A DNA stretch of 64,000 bases from Octopus sinensis (GCF_006345805.1 NC_043000.1:117924001-117988000), one strand, 5' to 3'. Counted from the stretch's first letter, positions 38,029 to 52,227 are shown. The notes: generated by a model not told the origin, from the sequence alone. Translations and numbers: made by a program.

Positions 38029-38225
38029 TTAATCCAAACATGAAAGCACAAAAAAACACAACAACGCGAGGATGTGGAACAAATATAGTATTATTGGACG
38101 CTCAGGAAAGAAGAAAAGAAGGAGGGTTTAACGCTTCGAGCGGAGCTCTTCGTCGGAAACATAGGAGAAGGAAAGATCCAGAGAAGGGAAGACAGAGGGA
38201 AAAAAATCGCCAACGGTACACACGC
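38029..38225 (-). mobile_element. Penelope-like terminal fragment with hammerhead motif at 38126-38160
   Basis: Minus GTTT-CCGACGA-A-GAGC tcc GCTC-GAAGC-GTT-AAAC; stem I GTTT/AAAC; one core A is changed to G. Confidence 0.55.
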
Positions 38226-38271
38226 GGTCACATACACACACACGATAAACATAGGATAATTCATTCACCTA

Positions 38272-38309
<38 letters not shown>

Positions 38310-39413
38310 CACACGTGCGTATACATATCTTTTATCGTTTATCATTCACTTATTTGAGTATTTAGACTAAGGCCCTGCTGGGGTACCGTCTTGAAAAAAT
38401 GTTGGGGTCGAATGAATCTATCGCAGTTCCTTTTATTTAAAACCCGGCACTTATTCAAGCGGGTTTTTTTCCGGACCACTAAGCTATGGGGACGTAGGTA
38501 AACCAGCACTGGTTGTCAAACGGTGTGTGCAACAAACACACTCACACGGATACATATATACATTTACGACAGGCTTCTTTCAGTTTCCGTCAACTAAATC
38601 CACTCACAAGATTTGGTCTGCCAGAGGCGACAATTAAAGACACTTTGTCAAGGTGACACACAGTGGAACTGAAACCGGTACCATGTGGTTGAGAAACAAA
38701 GCAGTGTGAGGGCCTCAAAGGCTGACCTTCTCAGAAAAAAGCTTAACAAGCAAACCACCAAAACCCTAGTAAACTGAAGTTAGATCACAAATGCAATATG
38801 GCCGCGCGCCTTCACGTACACGCGCAGGCATGGCTGTGTAGTTTAGAAGCTCGCTTGCAACACATGGTTTCAAGTTTAGTTCCACTATGCATCATCTTGA
38901 GCATATGTCTTCTATTATAGCATCGGATCAACGAGAATTTGGTAGACGGAAACTACGTGGAAGCCCGTTGCCTATACATAACCTGCGCTTAAAGATAAAG
39001 ACATTCTCTCGACACGTTTTGGGTAACTGGAGATCGAGACAGAAATAGAATGCTGCATCAGATTATTTACCCTTGAGCATGCCGGAGCAATGTGGCATAG
39101 AGTGCTTTGTTGGAACACACAGCGCACCGCTAAGTCTATGCACGGAGCCAACAACCTTAAGATCGTGAGTTGAACATCCTAGGGTAAGCGCCTTTACAAG
39201 GAACGTTGTATTGGAAATTATTAGACTTTCATCAAGGACATCGCGTAAATTGCGTGCCATTCAACGCTTCAAGATACTTCAGCACACACACACACACAAA
39301 TACATATATTTTCTATTAATACAGGCAAAACAAATTCAATATATATATATCTGTGTGTGTGTGTTTGAGTACATGTGTGTGTGCATGTATGTATATATAT
39401 GTGTGCGTGTGTG

Positions 39414-39447
<34 letters not shown>

Positions 39448-40506
39448 TAGATAGATAGATAGATAGATATATGTATATATATATGTATATATATATATAT
39501 GTGTGTATATATATATATATACATATATATATAGAGATGATAGATAGGTATGTATGTATATATATAGTTACGTATGTATATATATATATATGCGTGTGTG
39601 TGTGTGTTTGTATAGGTATGTATGTATATGCTTATATATACATATGTGTTTGTAATTAATAACATTTATTATGTTTACAGAAATGTTTATCGTAAAATAA
39701 GTAAACAGATTTGAAGGAAAACGGATTAGTTTTTTCTTATAAATCTATAAACCATTCTGTCTCAGAGCTGGTGTTATACTCCAGCGAAAAGCCTCAAGTT
39801 ACAATGTATTCCTTCACAATTTATATAAGGTGTCGCTTTCAATGAGTACTGCTGCTATTTTAGTAATTACTGCTGTATTATTAACCCCCACCCACACTGT
39901 TTCTGCGCGAGAATAAGCAGTCAGAGTGTAACATTTTATCTCTTTAAAGTTGATATCAAGTGACCTAAGAGATTTGTTGGAATAATAATGCAGTGATGTA
40001 ACTACATGTTTTCAAGTAAGAGAAATATAATATTTAGTTTGTGAAGCCAAAGTTCGTTAAATGAAACTGACTATTGTGCTCAATCTACGGAACGAAAATC
40101 TCCTGCTAAGATCTGTTAGATAACAAGTAAAGCCCAAACCGCAAAAGGATTTATCAATAATGAGTTCTCTAGTAATAAAATAGTTAATATTTAACAACCT
40201 AATTCTAAAATATTTATAGATATTATTCAAGACTATCAACCATCAAATCCCACACATATCGTCACTGCAAACAAGTATCACTTTGATTAATACCAAATGA
40301 CAGAAGCAATATAATTAAGTTTGTTATTATTATTATTAGATTAAGGTAGCGATCTGGCAGAACTGTTAACGCGTCGAACAAAGTGCTTAGCGGCATTTCG
40401 TTCTGAGTTAATATTCCGCCGAAGTCAACTTTGCCTTCCATCCTTCCGGAGTCAATGAAATAAGTTCCATTTGCACACTGCTGAGACCCCCTTCCGTTAT
40501 AACTGA

Positions 40507-40790
40507 CCATGGGATTGCACCTAGAAAGTTACCCTCCCAGGCACAAGTCCGGGCAAGATTGTTTATGGAAGACCAGCAGTCGCCCATGCATACCGAACTC
40601 CCCTCTCCACGCCACCAGTGTTATCCAAGGGAAAGGCAAGGACCGATACAGCCTGCCACCTGTGAAGTCGCAACTCATTTCTACAACTGAGTGAACTGGA
40701 GCAACGTGAAATAAAGTGTCTTGCTCAAGAACACAACACGCAGCCCGGTTCAGGATTCGAACTCAAAACCTCACGATCGTAAGTTCGACG
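40507..40790 (-). mobile_element. SINE-D-like copy
   Basis: Minus GAGTTCGAATCCTG...GTGTTCTTGAGCAAGACACTTTATTTCACGTTGCTCCAGTTCACTCAG. Confidence 0.65.
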
Positions 40791-41235
40791 CTCTGGCAGA
40801 AACGTTAGCACGCCGGGCGAAATGCGAAGCCGTATTCCGTCTGCCGTTACGTTCTGAGTTCAAATTCTGCCGAGGTCGACTTTGCCTTTCATCCTTTCTG
40901 GGTCGATAAATGAAGTACTAGTTGTGCACTGGGGACGATCTAATCGACTGCTCACTCTCCAGAAAAATTTCGGACCTTGTGCCTCGAGTAGAAAAGAATT
41001 TTCAATGGAACGACGCACTGGCAGAAAAGTTAGCACGTCGGACGAAATGATTAGTGGCTTTCTTTTTCTGCTTTCTGAGTTCAAATCTTTGCGCTGTTTC
41101 TTCCGGCTCTTTACGTTCTGAGTTCAAATCCCGTCGCTGTCGACTTTTTCTTTTTATGAAGCTGATAAAATTAGTACCTGTTGAATACTGGGACCAGTGG
41201 TGTAATTCACTATCCCCATATCCTAAATTTGCTGG
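40791..41235 (+). mobile_element. Cluster of SINE-A copies with short tails
   Basis: CTGGCAGAAACGTTAGCACGCC head, core, and AAATTTCGG.CCTTGTGCC tail; a second, more decayed copy follows. Confidence 0.7.
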
Positions 41236-42733
41236 TCTTGTGCCAAAACTTTGAAGTCCTTATCTATTTTCAATAACCAGCGGCAATCTTTAAGATCATT
41301 AAATCTTTTGGTTGGGTATTACTTCAGTTTTGGCTTTTAGCCTTTAGATTTTATATTTGTTAGCTATTACGGTAGTATAGTATCATATCCATCGATCTAT
41401 CGATCCATCCCTTTTAGCTGCCCACTATTTCTGAGAGGGTCGTGTTTCTCCATAGGTCCCTACCAGAAGCAACTGTTGTAAGATTATTCCAGCCGGATAC
41501 CCAAGCGTAACGAACAGAGAATTTGGATATTATGCAACCATCACGTTCTTGTTAAGTTCCTAGGTCCTCTACCGATTGGCTCCGCTTGAATAATCCCTTT
41601 TGTCCACAATGCAGGAAGTGTAACTTCTGAAAACAGACAAGCAATGACTCGACTTGCAGAGACTCTCTAATCAACGAGCTACGCACCCCGAATAACGTTA
41701 TTCTTGCGATTTTTCAGAGGAATCCCATTTCAACTGCTTGTATTCGCGACCCTACTCTTTCTGTCATTACCTAACATTCATGATCATAGATGAGAATAGG
41801 CAGGAAAACCGAATCGAAAATAGACAGTATCATATGTTTATGATAATAGCAATATATTATTATCATAAATTGCTTTTATTCGTGAATGTATTTTCATGTC
41901 AAAAATTCAGCTTTAGTTTATATTAGTTTATATAAGAAAAAAAATTGTTTTTAGATCTGTGCATTCAAAGATGCCAAATTCATGGGAGAACAATTATTCG
42001 TCATATTATAACTTCATTAATTCGGTTGTCAGTTAATTCCAGACATCTGTTCGGCTGCCTAAGTATTCTGCCTCATTTTTGGCCGATCGACATATAAACA
42101 TATTCATTATTGGCAGTGGGGTGTGACAACACGTTCAGACACCGGATGTGTCAAACCTCCGTTATAAATACGCCATTACATCACACACAGTAGAGAGCAA
42201 TTTCTTAGAACACCCACGGTTAAAAGAAGAGGAAAAAATACTCTTGCTACTAAGACAAACGTGTATTCTCTTCATGACAAACAATTATAACAGATGGACA
42301 AAGATACGGACAAGCAAACGCGCACACACATACTCACAATTATATATTCACATATATACACACATGTGTACACACATGTACACACGTACACACATACGCA
42401 CACATACGCACACACACAGGCACATATACTAGGGTAAAGACACAAAGCCTCTTTCTTTATAAATGCTACAATTGATAGGATGAGAAAGAATATGAGAGAG
42501 GGGGAGAAAGCAGAGGAGGAAGAAGGGTCGGGTAGGATGGGGCGGAGGGGAACCATTGGGTTCTCGGCACTCTGTATCGTCGGTCTCGGGTGCTGGTGGC
42601 ACTGAGTATAAGGGGTCTCTGTCTGTCTGCTTTTGCTCTACCAATTCTCGGCTGCTCCCACATAGCAGCCCCTGCAACAGCAGTCACGGTCTGATATATT
42701 GTCGCTCTGTCTTTTGTTGCCGCTTCTGAACAT

Positions 42734-43083
42734 AATCCTATGAACCCGGAAAAATTTAAAACAGAGAGTTACTTACTTGCAAATAAATGTGTTAACATGT
42801 GACATTATTGACCGAGGTTACCGTAGTCTTTTCCGTAGGCTTTTCTTTCCATGGATAAACCTTATTTGCTTCCACCTTTACACTTTACTCCATGACATTT
42901 CTGTGATACACGATCCATACTGATCATTTTTTTTCTTTCCTTTTTACGATCCCTTTTGATCGAAAACTTACCCCACCTTTCTTTTTTTTTCTCCCCCAAA
43001 AGAAAAGCTCTACTTTGTAATTTGTCCCGTCTGTGTCCAGCCCTGTGTAGCTAATAAAGAAACATATCCCATTTCTATATTTC
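42734..43083 (+). mobile_element. ~350-bp repeat, probable LINE 3' UTR (copy 2)
   Basis: Inverted homolog of 37097-37450; ends TTTGTCCCGTCTGTGTCCAGCCCTGTGTAGCTAATAAAGAAACATA. Confidence 0.7.
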
Positions 43084-43462
43084 GCTTTCTACTTATTGAC
43101 AAACAAAGCTCATCTGATTTCAATTCCTGCTCATACAGCAATTAGGTTTATGCCCTACCAGTTTCGTTGACTCCCATTCTACTCCCATAAATCGGGATAT
43201 CAGAACCTGAAAATCCATACAGGGTCCATTCGATCGCATGCTGTTGCGTGTCACCTGTTTACTCGCCACGTACCCGTACTGTGTCGCAATAATGATAACC
43301 AAACAAGCGTCATGACAATACTAATGTCTCTCTGAAGCAAGTATTTCTTTACCTCGTCTACTTTGATACTAGCTTACTGGTATGGGGCTTTGACGAACTG
43401 ACACAGCTAGGCCCCTTGTCCCCTTCTACATGCTATTCAAAGGGAAACAATGACTTTATCCA

Positions 43463-43497
<35 letters not shown>

Positions 43498-43588
43498 GCA
43501 TATGCAGCAGTAGCAACGACAACGAAAGCAACGGTGATTTCTAACATAGACAGGGAGCTACAAATTTTGGACGAAATGACAGGTACTT

Positions 43589-43660
<72 letters not shown>

Positions 43661-44531
43661 CAGCAGCAGTAACAATAATAATAATCCTTTCTACTAAAAG
43701 CACAAGGGCTGAAATTAGAAGGGAAGGGGATTAGTCGATTACATCGCTCCCAGTGTTAAACTGGTGCTTTATTTATCGACCCACTTAAACCTTTTCTTGC
43801 AACCTTTTCAATAGTCAAGACTATTGAAAAAGTTGCAAGACGCAACAAAAATTTTAGGAAAATAAAAATAAGAAATAAGTAGAAATTTTGCTGGTGAGTG
43901 TGTGAAATTATAAGGCACAAAAAGAAAATGACTCTCCCCAGATATAACAGAATATGCTTCAACACACGAACTCACATAATGAATCTTGCAAACCAAATCC
44001 AAAAACGAAATTGAATTATATCGTTCAACCAATAAAATATCTATTACAATCGAATCGCGATCTTCGTTTTGACTTTTATTAATATTATTATTATTATTAT
44101 ATTATTATTATTATTATTATTATAATAATAATAATATTATTATTATTATATTATTAATAATAATAATATTATTATTATTATTAATAATAATAATAATAAT
44201 AATATAATAATAATAATAATAATAATAATTAATGCCCTCATGCACTACCGGACAGTGGCTATCATGGCTTTTGATCTTAACTGATTGGAAGAGTTTTGTA
44301 CATCGTTTTGTCTTGGTATAAAAGATGGGCTACAACAAATATTCTGCTCAATACCACAGATTTGCTTGTCACTTGTTTGACTTAAAAGAAAAATTTTAAA
44401 AAATTTTCTTTTAATTTTCCCAAATTTAATTGTTTTCCGTACTTACTGTTGAAAAGGTCTCAAAGACGGAAACCGGTACTGAAATGTTTTTTATAAAATT
44501 ATTTTAGCATCTTCTATCTTGACATTTTTTT

Positions 44532-44577
<46 letters not shown>

Positions 44578-45112
44578 GTTTTGAGAAAGGATATTGACTA
44601 GAAATTCTCTCACAGTATAGAGGTTTGGGCTTAGAAGTGCTTAAGCGTAACTTGAGACGAAAGATATAACTATGTAATACGAAGAAACAAAAGGCCTGGT
44701 AATTCAATCCGCAAACATGACTCCTATTAGAGATGGATTTAAAGGACAATTGTATATGATAGACTAAAAATATATAAATACACAGACATTAAAAGAGAAA
44801 AAAAACTGTCAGTAGATAGATATATTAAAGAATATGTGTGAAGTAATAAATAGATTTTAAAGAATCTCCGGATGCAGTCGCAAAAACGTTAAAACATGCA
44901 TGTATATGGAAAAATATTGGAGAATGTCTGAAGTGGTGATGGAAACGGATTAAAAGATACGATGGGGAGCGAAATTAAAATTTTCCAATATTTTACCTAT
45001 ACACGCATGTTTTAACGTTTTTATATCGGCGTCTGGATATTCTTTAAAATCTATTATTTTGACGCACCTATTTTTAATATATCTATTTACTTGTAGATCA
45101 TTTTTTAATAAA

Positions 45113-45530
45113 AGTGGCTGTATGGTAAGTAGCTTGCTTCCCAACCACATGGTTCCGGGTTCAGTCCCACTGCGCGGAACCTTGGGCAAGTATCTTCTGT
45201 TATAGCTACAGGCTGACCAAAGCCTTGTGAGTAGATTTGGTAGACGGAAACTGACAGAAGCCTTCGTATACATACATACATACATACATACATACATACA
45301 TACATACATACATACATACATCTTTGTATTTGTGTGTCTGTGTTTGTTCCCCCACCGTCGCTTGACAATCGATGTTGGTGTGTTTACGTCCCCGTAACTT
45401 AGCGGCTCGGCAAAAGTGCCTGATAGAATAAGTACTAAGCTTACAAACAATAAGTTCTGGGGATCGATTTGTTCAACTAAAGGCAGTGCTCCAGCATGGT
45501 CACAGTCAAAATGATCGAAAGAAGTAAGAA
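45113..45530 (+). mobile_element. SINE-B with internal (TACA)n
   Basis: Family B head, core and 3' part. Confidence 0.8.
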
Positions 45531-46512
45531 GAAATAAAATAATAAATTACAAAATGTCTGGAATAAAGACAGAATGGTAACAGCTGGAACACCTTTGATT
45601 ATAATACTATCTGATCGATCTGGTCTGATCTGAAGCAAAGCAACAACAGTGTGGACATAGAAACTATAGATCATATAACTCATTTTGCTACTGATCACAG
45701 CAACAATATCAACAACACCAATACCAATAAGTTGGGCATTGTTGCAAGTGTATTAATAATTATGATGGCGCTTGTCAGAAGAACGATCGGCGTTTATATT
45801 TCCGCTAATCAAACAACTAATTGACCACGCTCTGTTGCTGGTGATACTATGACATAGTGTGGAGATGCGTGATAATATTGATAAGAATAACAATTGACGG
45901 GTTGTGTCTCATTGGGCGGTAATAGTGAGGAAACTTGACGAGCAAACATGGCGGACGAACAACGAGGTGGTGATAGCGTTGATAATGGCGGCGATGTTAG
46001 AGATAGCAGCGGTGGTGGTGGTGATGGTGGTGGTGGTAACACATTGATAGTAGGTTACGGAAGACAGCGTACACTACGCGTAGAAGTGACTGAGATAAAG
46101 AGAAAGAGGGCGAGAAAAGAAGGGAAAGAAATAGGGTCGCATGGGAAAAAGGAGGTGATGGATGAAAAGAGGTGGAAGAAGATGAAAGGGAGGCAAAAGG
46201 GAATGAGTGAGAGTGGGGCGACTTGCTGGGTATGGGTAACTATGGGTAACAAGATATCTAAACATGTTTCTCAGGAGGAGGTGACATATCAAAACACGTT
46301 CATCATTTAAATGTACGTACACATACACATATGTACAGACACACCTCCACCCAATATGTATATACGTAGATGTGTGAGGCAGTGTGTGTGTGCGTGCGGG
46401 CGTGAGTGTATGTATGCATTTGTATATCTATATAGCTATTTATCTATATATCCATATGTGTGTCTGCATGTGCCTGTGTGTGCATGAATATGTGTGTGTA
46501 CGTGTACACAGA

Positions 46513-46561
<49 letters not shown>

Positions 46562-46713
46562 CGTGTGTGTACATATATTTATATATTTATACATATATAC
46601 GTTATATATGTATATATGCATACATTAATCTCTATCATATATATATATAATATATATATTATATAAAGATATATATGTCTATATAAACATATATATATAC
46701 ACATATATATATA

Positions 46714-46785
<72 letters not shown>

Positions 46786-46882
46786 GAAGATATATGTATA
46801 TATAAACACATACATATATATGTATATATATATATGGCGGTGCCCCAGCATGGCCACAGCTCATGAGCTGAAACTAGAATCA

Positions 46883-46934
<52 letters not shown>

Positions 46935-46961
46935 ATATATATGTATATATATACATACATG

Positions 46962-47023
<62 letters not shown>

Positions 47024-47202
47024 GTATGTATATATATAAACACACACACATATTACTGAGACAGAGGAAAGAAGGTGAAAGAGGGAATGAATGACAGAGT
47101 ATTGCAAGTTAACAGATTATAATTCTAATTGAAGCGTAAAGATATAGTAAATAGCAATATAAAGATCTAACTGCTGCTGCTGATGATAATGATGATGCTG
47201 TC

Positions 47203-47246
<44 letters not shown>

Positions 47247-48776
47247 CAATGATGATAATGCTGCTGCTGCTGCTGCTGGTGATGATGATGATGGCGGCAA
47301 CGGTGGTTGTGGTGGTGCTTGTGGTGATGGTGATGGTGATGATGATGATGGTGTTTAAAGTATTTTGATGGAAATGGTGTTGTGGTATTAATTTAGCCAC
47401 GTCCCTGAAGGTGTTCAGTTCAAATCCAACAGAGGCTACACTTTGGTTTTTCATCCTTGCATAAAACAATTACCGCGATCCAGCGCAGGTGCGTCCACAC
47501 GTGTGATTGACTTGCAAGAGAAAGTAGTTAAATCTCCCTTTAATCCACGAAGTTCTTCCAGGAAAGTATTGTTGTACCAATTATCTTTTATCGTTTAATT
47601 GTTGCACTCATTGGAGCGTATCCATGCTGGGACATCGCCTTGAAGGGCTTTTTTTTCTTTTTTAGTCGAGCATATTGCCCCAACGTCAATCAGTACTTAT
47701 TTTTAAAGTCTGGTAATTGCCCTGTCGGTTACTTTCGCCGAACCGCTAAGTTGCGGGAGTGTAAGCAAACCAAGACTAATTGTCAAAAGCAGTAGTTGGC
47801 GCGCGCGCGTGTTTGTCCCCCACTCTTCGGCAACTGGTTTTGGAGTGTTAACATCCCCGTAACTTAGCGGTTCGCAAAAGAGCCCGATGCAATAAATACC
47901 AAGTTCTCAAGGCAACAATTTGTGTAACTAAATTTCTACAGTGCCACAGCATGGCTGCAGTCTAATGACTGAAACCAGTAAATGATAAAAGGTGATAAAT
48001 CTTGATTTAGGTACAAGATCTCAAATGTTTATGGGCGCGTGGAATTAGTCAACTCCTGCACTTGACATCGACTCTAGCACTTGACCCTTACTTTAATTTA
48101 TCGACCCTGGAAGGCGGGATTTAAGCTAAGATCGAAAGGGCCAAAAATTATAAATGTAATCCTATTTGTTTGGGTCATTTCTCAGCAGTTTCACTGCTAC
48201 CGTTATGCCGCCAATTTCGGTAGATATCTGCCCAGAGGACATATAAATGTTAAGCATATGGGTATGCCATCCCTGCAGCAGCCATCGCTCATCACTTTCC
48301 GTATCTCCACAGCTGTTAATAGCTTTTCGTAACACTGAGAACCCCTCACCGAAAGTCAAAGAAGGCCGTGGAGGAAGGTATAGAAATCCATCATGCAATC
48401 CGGTCGAAGTTTTGCTGTAAAGTTTAACACAGCTTTTTGAAGTCGAGGAACATGCGCCCATTATAGTCGGCTGTAGATCGAATCGTGGCTTTGTTGCCAT
48501 GTTACATCTCTGCTACTCGGAACCATCGAACGACTTTCGTCTGCTTGTGTCTTGGAACATGTGCTTCGGCTCTGATGACGCAACATTCATGCTTCACGAT
48601 GAAGAAATGTTCGAGAGCTAATTTCATTCCAAGCAAGCCGGTTGCGACCCTTCTTAAGTGTTTATACTGCCTATTATAAGGAAGGCCATAAAACGGAAAG
48701 AGGAATGTGAGAAAGGCCCACATATCTTAATCCTGCGGAGAGGCAGATATTTCGTCCTGTAATTATTTGTATTGTG

Positions 48777-49450
48777 GTTGTTGCTGCTGTTGTTGTTGTT
48801 GTTAAGCAGCAAGGCGGGTAAGGGGGATTAGGTGATGGTCTAGGGCTTAGGTGCGGGAGACCACAGAGCTTGGAAAAAAAACTTTGGTTGTCTTGTTGTA
48901 GTCGAAGGCTCTTCGTTGACACCCGACACCACTGGGAGGTGGCCCCTGAAGTCGCTGGAAATGGAGATCTCCAGGTCCAAATTCTTGAACGGCTGTTGCT
49001 GCTGTTGAAATCGAAGTGTTGACAGTAGAGGAAGCCTTCTTTCAGCTGTTGTTTTTGTTGTTACTGTTGGGGCAGAAAGCCTTGAAGTGAATAGTATTTC
49101 CGGAGCTGTAGCATCGAAGATATCAGTCTTCCACTACTACTTGCGGCTGATGCCTTTTTCAGATATCTATTTAGTCGTGGATTTTGTCTATTGCCTCAGC
49201 TTTCACCTGAATCAAAATCCCCAAACCCATCACAACCTAATTTTCTTTTCGGGATGTTTTCATTTCCAGTAGCATGTCAAGGGTTTTCCAAGACCGTAAA
49301 TTTCACTACCAACCAAACGTCTTGTTCTCGTGGTACATTTGAGATTCTTACTCTCCGTTCCAGGTAAATTAGTATCAGTCTGAACTCCTCCAGATCCCCT
49401 CTTTTGTGGTCCGGTGAGTAATATGGGGTTAAACAACAGCAATATGCGAA
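48777..49450 (-). mobile_element. (AAC)n-tailed retroelement with a decayed Gag/ORF1-like zinc-knuckle remnant
   Basis: Minus frame GILIQVKAEAIDKIHD*IDI*KRHQPQVVVED*YLR-CYSSGNTIHFKAFC-P (C-x2-[S]-x4-H-x4-C at 49113-49072), followed by the segment shared with 27791-28004 and an (AAC)n tail. Confidence 0.6.
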
Positions 49451-50261
49451 TATTTATTTCCCTTTGTGCTTTGTCTTTTATAAGCAAAAGTTTTATCGTA
49501 GCTGTCTATCATCTATTAATTATAACATGAAAGGGGGACCCGGTATGTAGTTGAACGACCTGCTAAAAGAAGAAACAAATGACCTCTTCAATCATTGACT
49601 ATTTTTTTTTAAGAAACGGAAGAACGCATTGGAAACTAGTCTAGAACACATTACGCCATAGAAAAAAAAAGAAACTAGAATAGCTCGGATCAAAATTCTG
49701 CTCAATTCAGGATTCACTTGCAGCTAAAGTAGAACGATGACAACGACAACGACGGCGGGCTCGGCGGCGACTACGACAACAACAGCAACAACAACAACTA
49801 CAACAACAACAGCAGCAGCAGCAGTGGAAGTGTAAGGGACAATATGTCTGCATCATTCCATCAGAATCTTAATGGAAAAGATTTCTTTTCATAATGAAAT
49901 TTATTTACATAACAATCATAATAACAACCGAGTTTACATCCAACTTCCTTCACAGCTGTTGTTATTGTATTATGATAACGAGGACGATGACTTCCATTGA
50001 TACATATATGCATATACATACATATGTACGTATGTATACATGTATGTATGTATGTATGTATGTATGTATGTATGTATGTATGTATGTATGTATGTATGTA
50101 TGTATGTATGTATGTATGTATCATTAGAAGGCTTAGTCCTCGCGTATGTATGTGTATGTGTGTACGCCTTTTTTCAAGAATAAACACATAGAGGTGAGGC
50201 AATGTACCACTTGTAACTAACAGAATGCATGTGTTGGCACTACGACGACTGATATTACATC

Positions 50262-50351
<90 letters not shown>

Positions 50352-50970
50352 CACGATTATGATGATGATAATAAAAATCCTTACTGCTAAAAGCACAAGA
50401 TCTTAAATTTGGGTGGAGGGGACTAGTCGATTACATCGACTCCAGTGTTTCACTGGTATTTAATTTATCGACCCCAAAACATTTTGACTTGGGTGCATTT
50501 TGAGTTTGACATTGCTTTTGTTGCAAGAAATAGTTAGGTTGTTTCTCTGACATTTTACATAGTTTAACATAGTGTCTCTGACCACCGAAATATGTTCTCA
50601 CAAAGAATGCTATTGGGAAATTACACAAGTGAATGTGTGTCGAACGAAACAGGAATTTTGGAAGAAGTATCTATAAAACTAGTTTTTAAAGATCGAACAG
50701 ATACGGGATTCCACAAGAATCGTGGCACTCCGTCGGTTACGACGACGAGGGTTCCAGTTGATCCGATCAACACACACACGCATTTTCTCTGCCATGGTCA
50801 CCTCTGTGGTGTGGTGAGACGACCACATTCGATACACTTTACTCCGAAGCCTCTGCTTTAAACAATGTAAGTGAGCGAGAACGTTATAACCTGGTGTGCA
50901 TGCGCGACAGATTTCAACGTCAATCTGTGCCAAGCGACGTCATTCTGCATACTTTAGTTCCATTACAATA

Positions 50971-51553
50971 TATTTCTTTACTGCCCACAAGTGGCTAAAC
51001 ATAGAGGGGACAAACAAGAACAGACAAACGGATTAAATCGATTACATCGGCTGCAGTGCTGAACTGGTACTTTATTTATCGACCCCGAAAGGATGAAAGC
51101 AATTTGAACTCAGAACATGGCGGCAGACGAAATGCCTATTTTTTTACTACCCACAAGGGGCTAAACACAGAGGGGACAAACAAGGACAGACAACGGATTA
51201 AGTCGGTTACATCGACCCCAGTGCGTAACTGGTACATCATTTATCGACTTCGAAAGGATGAAAGGCAAAGTCGACTTCGGCGGAACTTGAACTCAGAACG
51301 TAACGACAGACGAAATACCTCTTTCTATACTACCCACAAGGGGCTAAACACAGAGAGGACAAACAAGGACAGACAAACGGATTAAGTCGATTGTATCGAC
51401 CCCAGTGCGTAACTGGTATTTATTTAATCGACCCCGAAAGGATGAAAGGTAAAGTCGACCTCGGCGGAATTTGAACTCAGAACGTAACGACAGACGAAAT
51501 ATGGCTACGCATTTCGCCCGGCGTGCTAACGTTTCTGCCAGCTCGCCGCCTTA
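50971..51553 (-). mobile_element. SINE-A trimer with TSD
   Basis: Three core+tail modules under one head; flanks TAGTTCCATTACAATA (50955-50970) and TAGTTCCATTACTATA (51556-51571). Confidence 0.85.
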
Positions 51554-52178
51554 TATAGTTCCATTACTATAGCAAGAGTCCCGATACTTTTGATCAAGAC
51601 ACACATGTATCACAAACGTTTTGAGCTGTTTTGCGATATATATACATATCCTATTGCTTAAACTATACATCTAATCTCATCTACCACTGTTCTTTCGTTT
51701 TACATGTTTACCTTACGGTGAAAATATACGTTGGCAAATGTATCAGCCTATTGACGGTGTGCATAGCCTGCAAAACATATTTTTTATTACATCCGAAGCC
51801 GGGGCGTTTCTCGAATTGTCAAAGATATCGAAATAACAGCATAACCGCATTGTTGTTTTGCATCTAAATTCTTGCAAACTAGATCGCTGTTTAAATATAG
51901 TAGTTGTACCACTTATGTAACCTATAATCCCATTGGATTAATTATATTCCCAAGTAGCAGTTAATGTAGCAAACAAAATAATATTACAAATTAAGTTATG
52001 AATATGAATATCATGAACATTATATAAACATTCATATTAATAAAAAAACAGAAATAATTACCCAATAATAAGCAAAATAATGTATCCAATTTATTACTGT
52101 ATATTGTATTTCATATACTGTCTGGGAATTTATACATACATGCATACATACATACATACATACGTATGTACGTACGTA

Positions 52179-52225
<47 letters not shown>

Positions 52226-52227
<2 letters not shown>

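Noticed and set aside
45948-46310. 120-aa ATG ORF (MADEQRGGDS...)
   Set aside because: Built from (GGT)n and purine-rich low complexity; no domain or codon signal
47170-47360. (GAT)n(GCT)n(GGT)n run as a homopolymer-coding exon
   Set aside because: No flanking coding sequence or splice context; typical compound microsatellite
48566-48612. CTGATGA...GAAA...TTC possible hammerhead
   Set aside because: Stem II does not abut the core and stem I does not pair
48200-48720. ORFs of 112 and 73 aa as a transposase or host exon
   Set aside because: Only vague mariner-like resemblance; no diagnostic motif or supported splice structure
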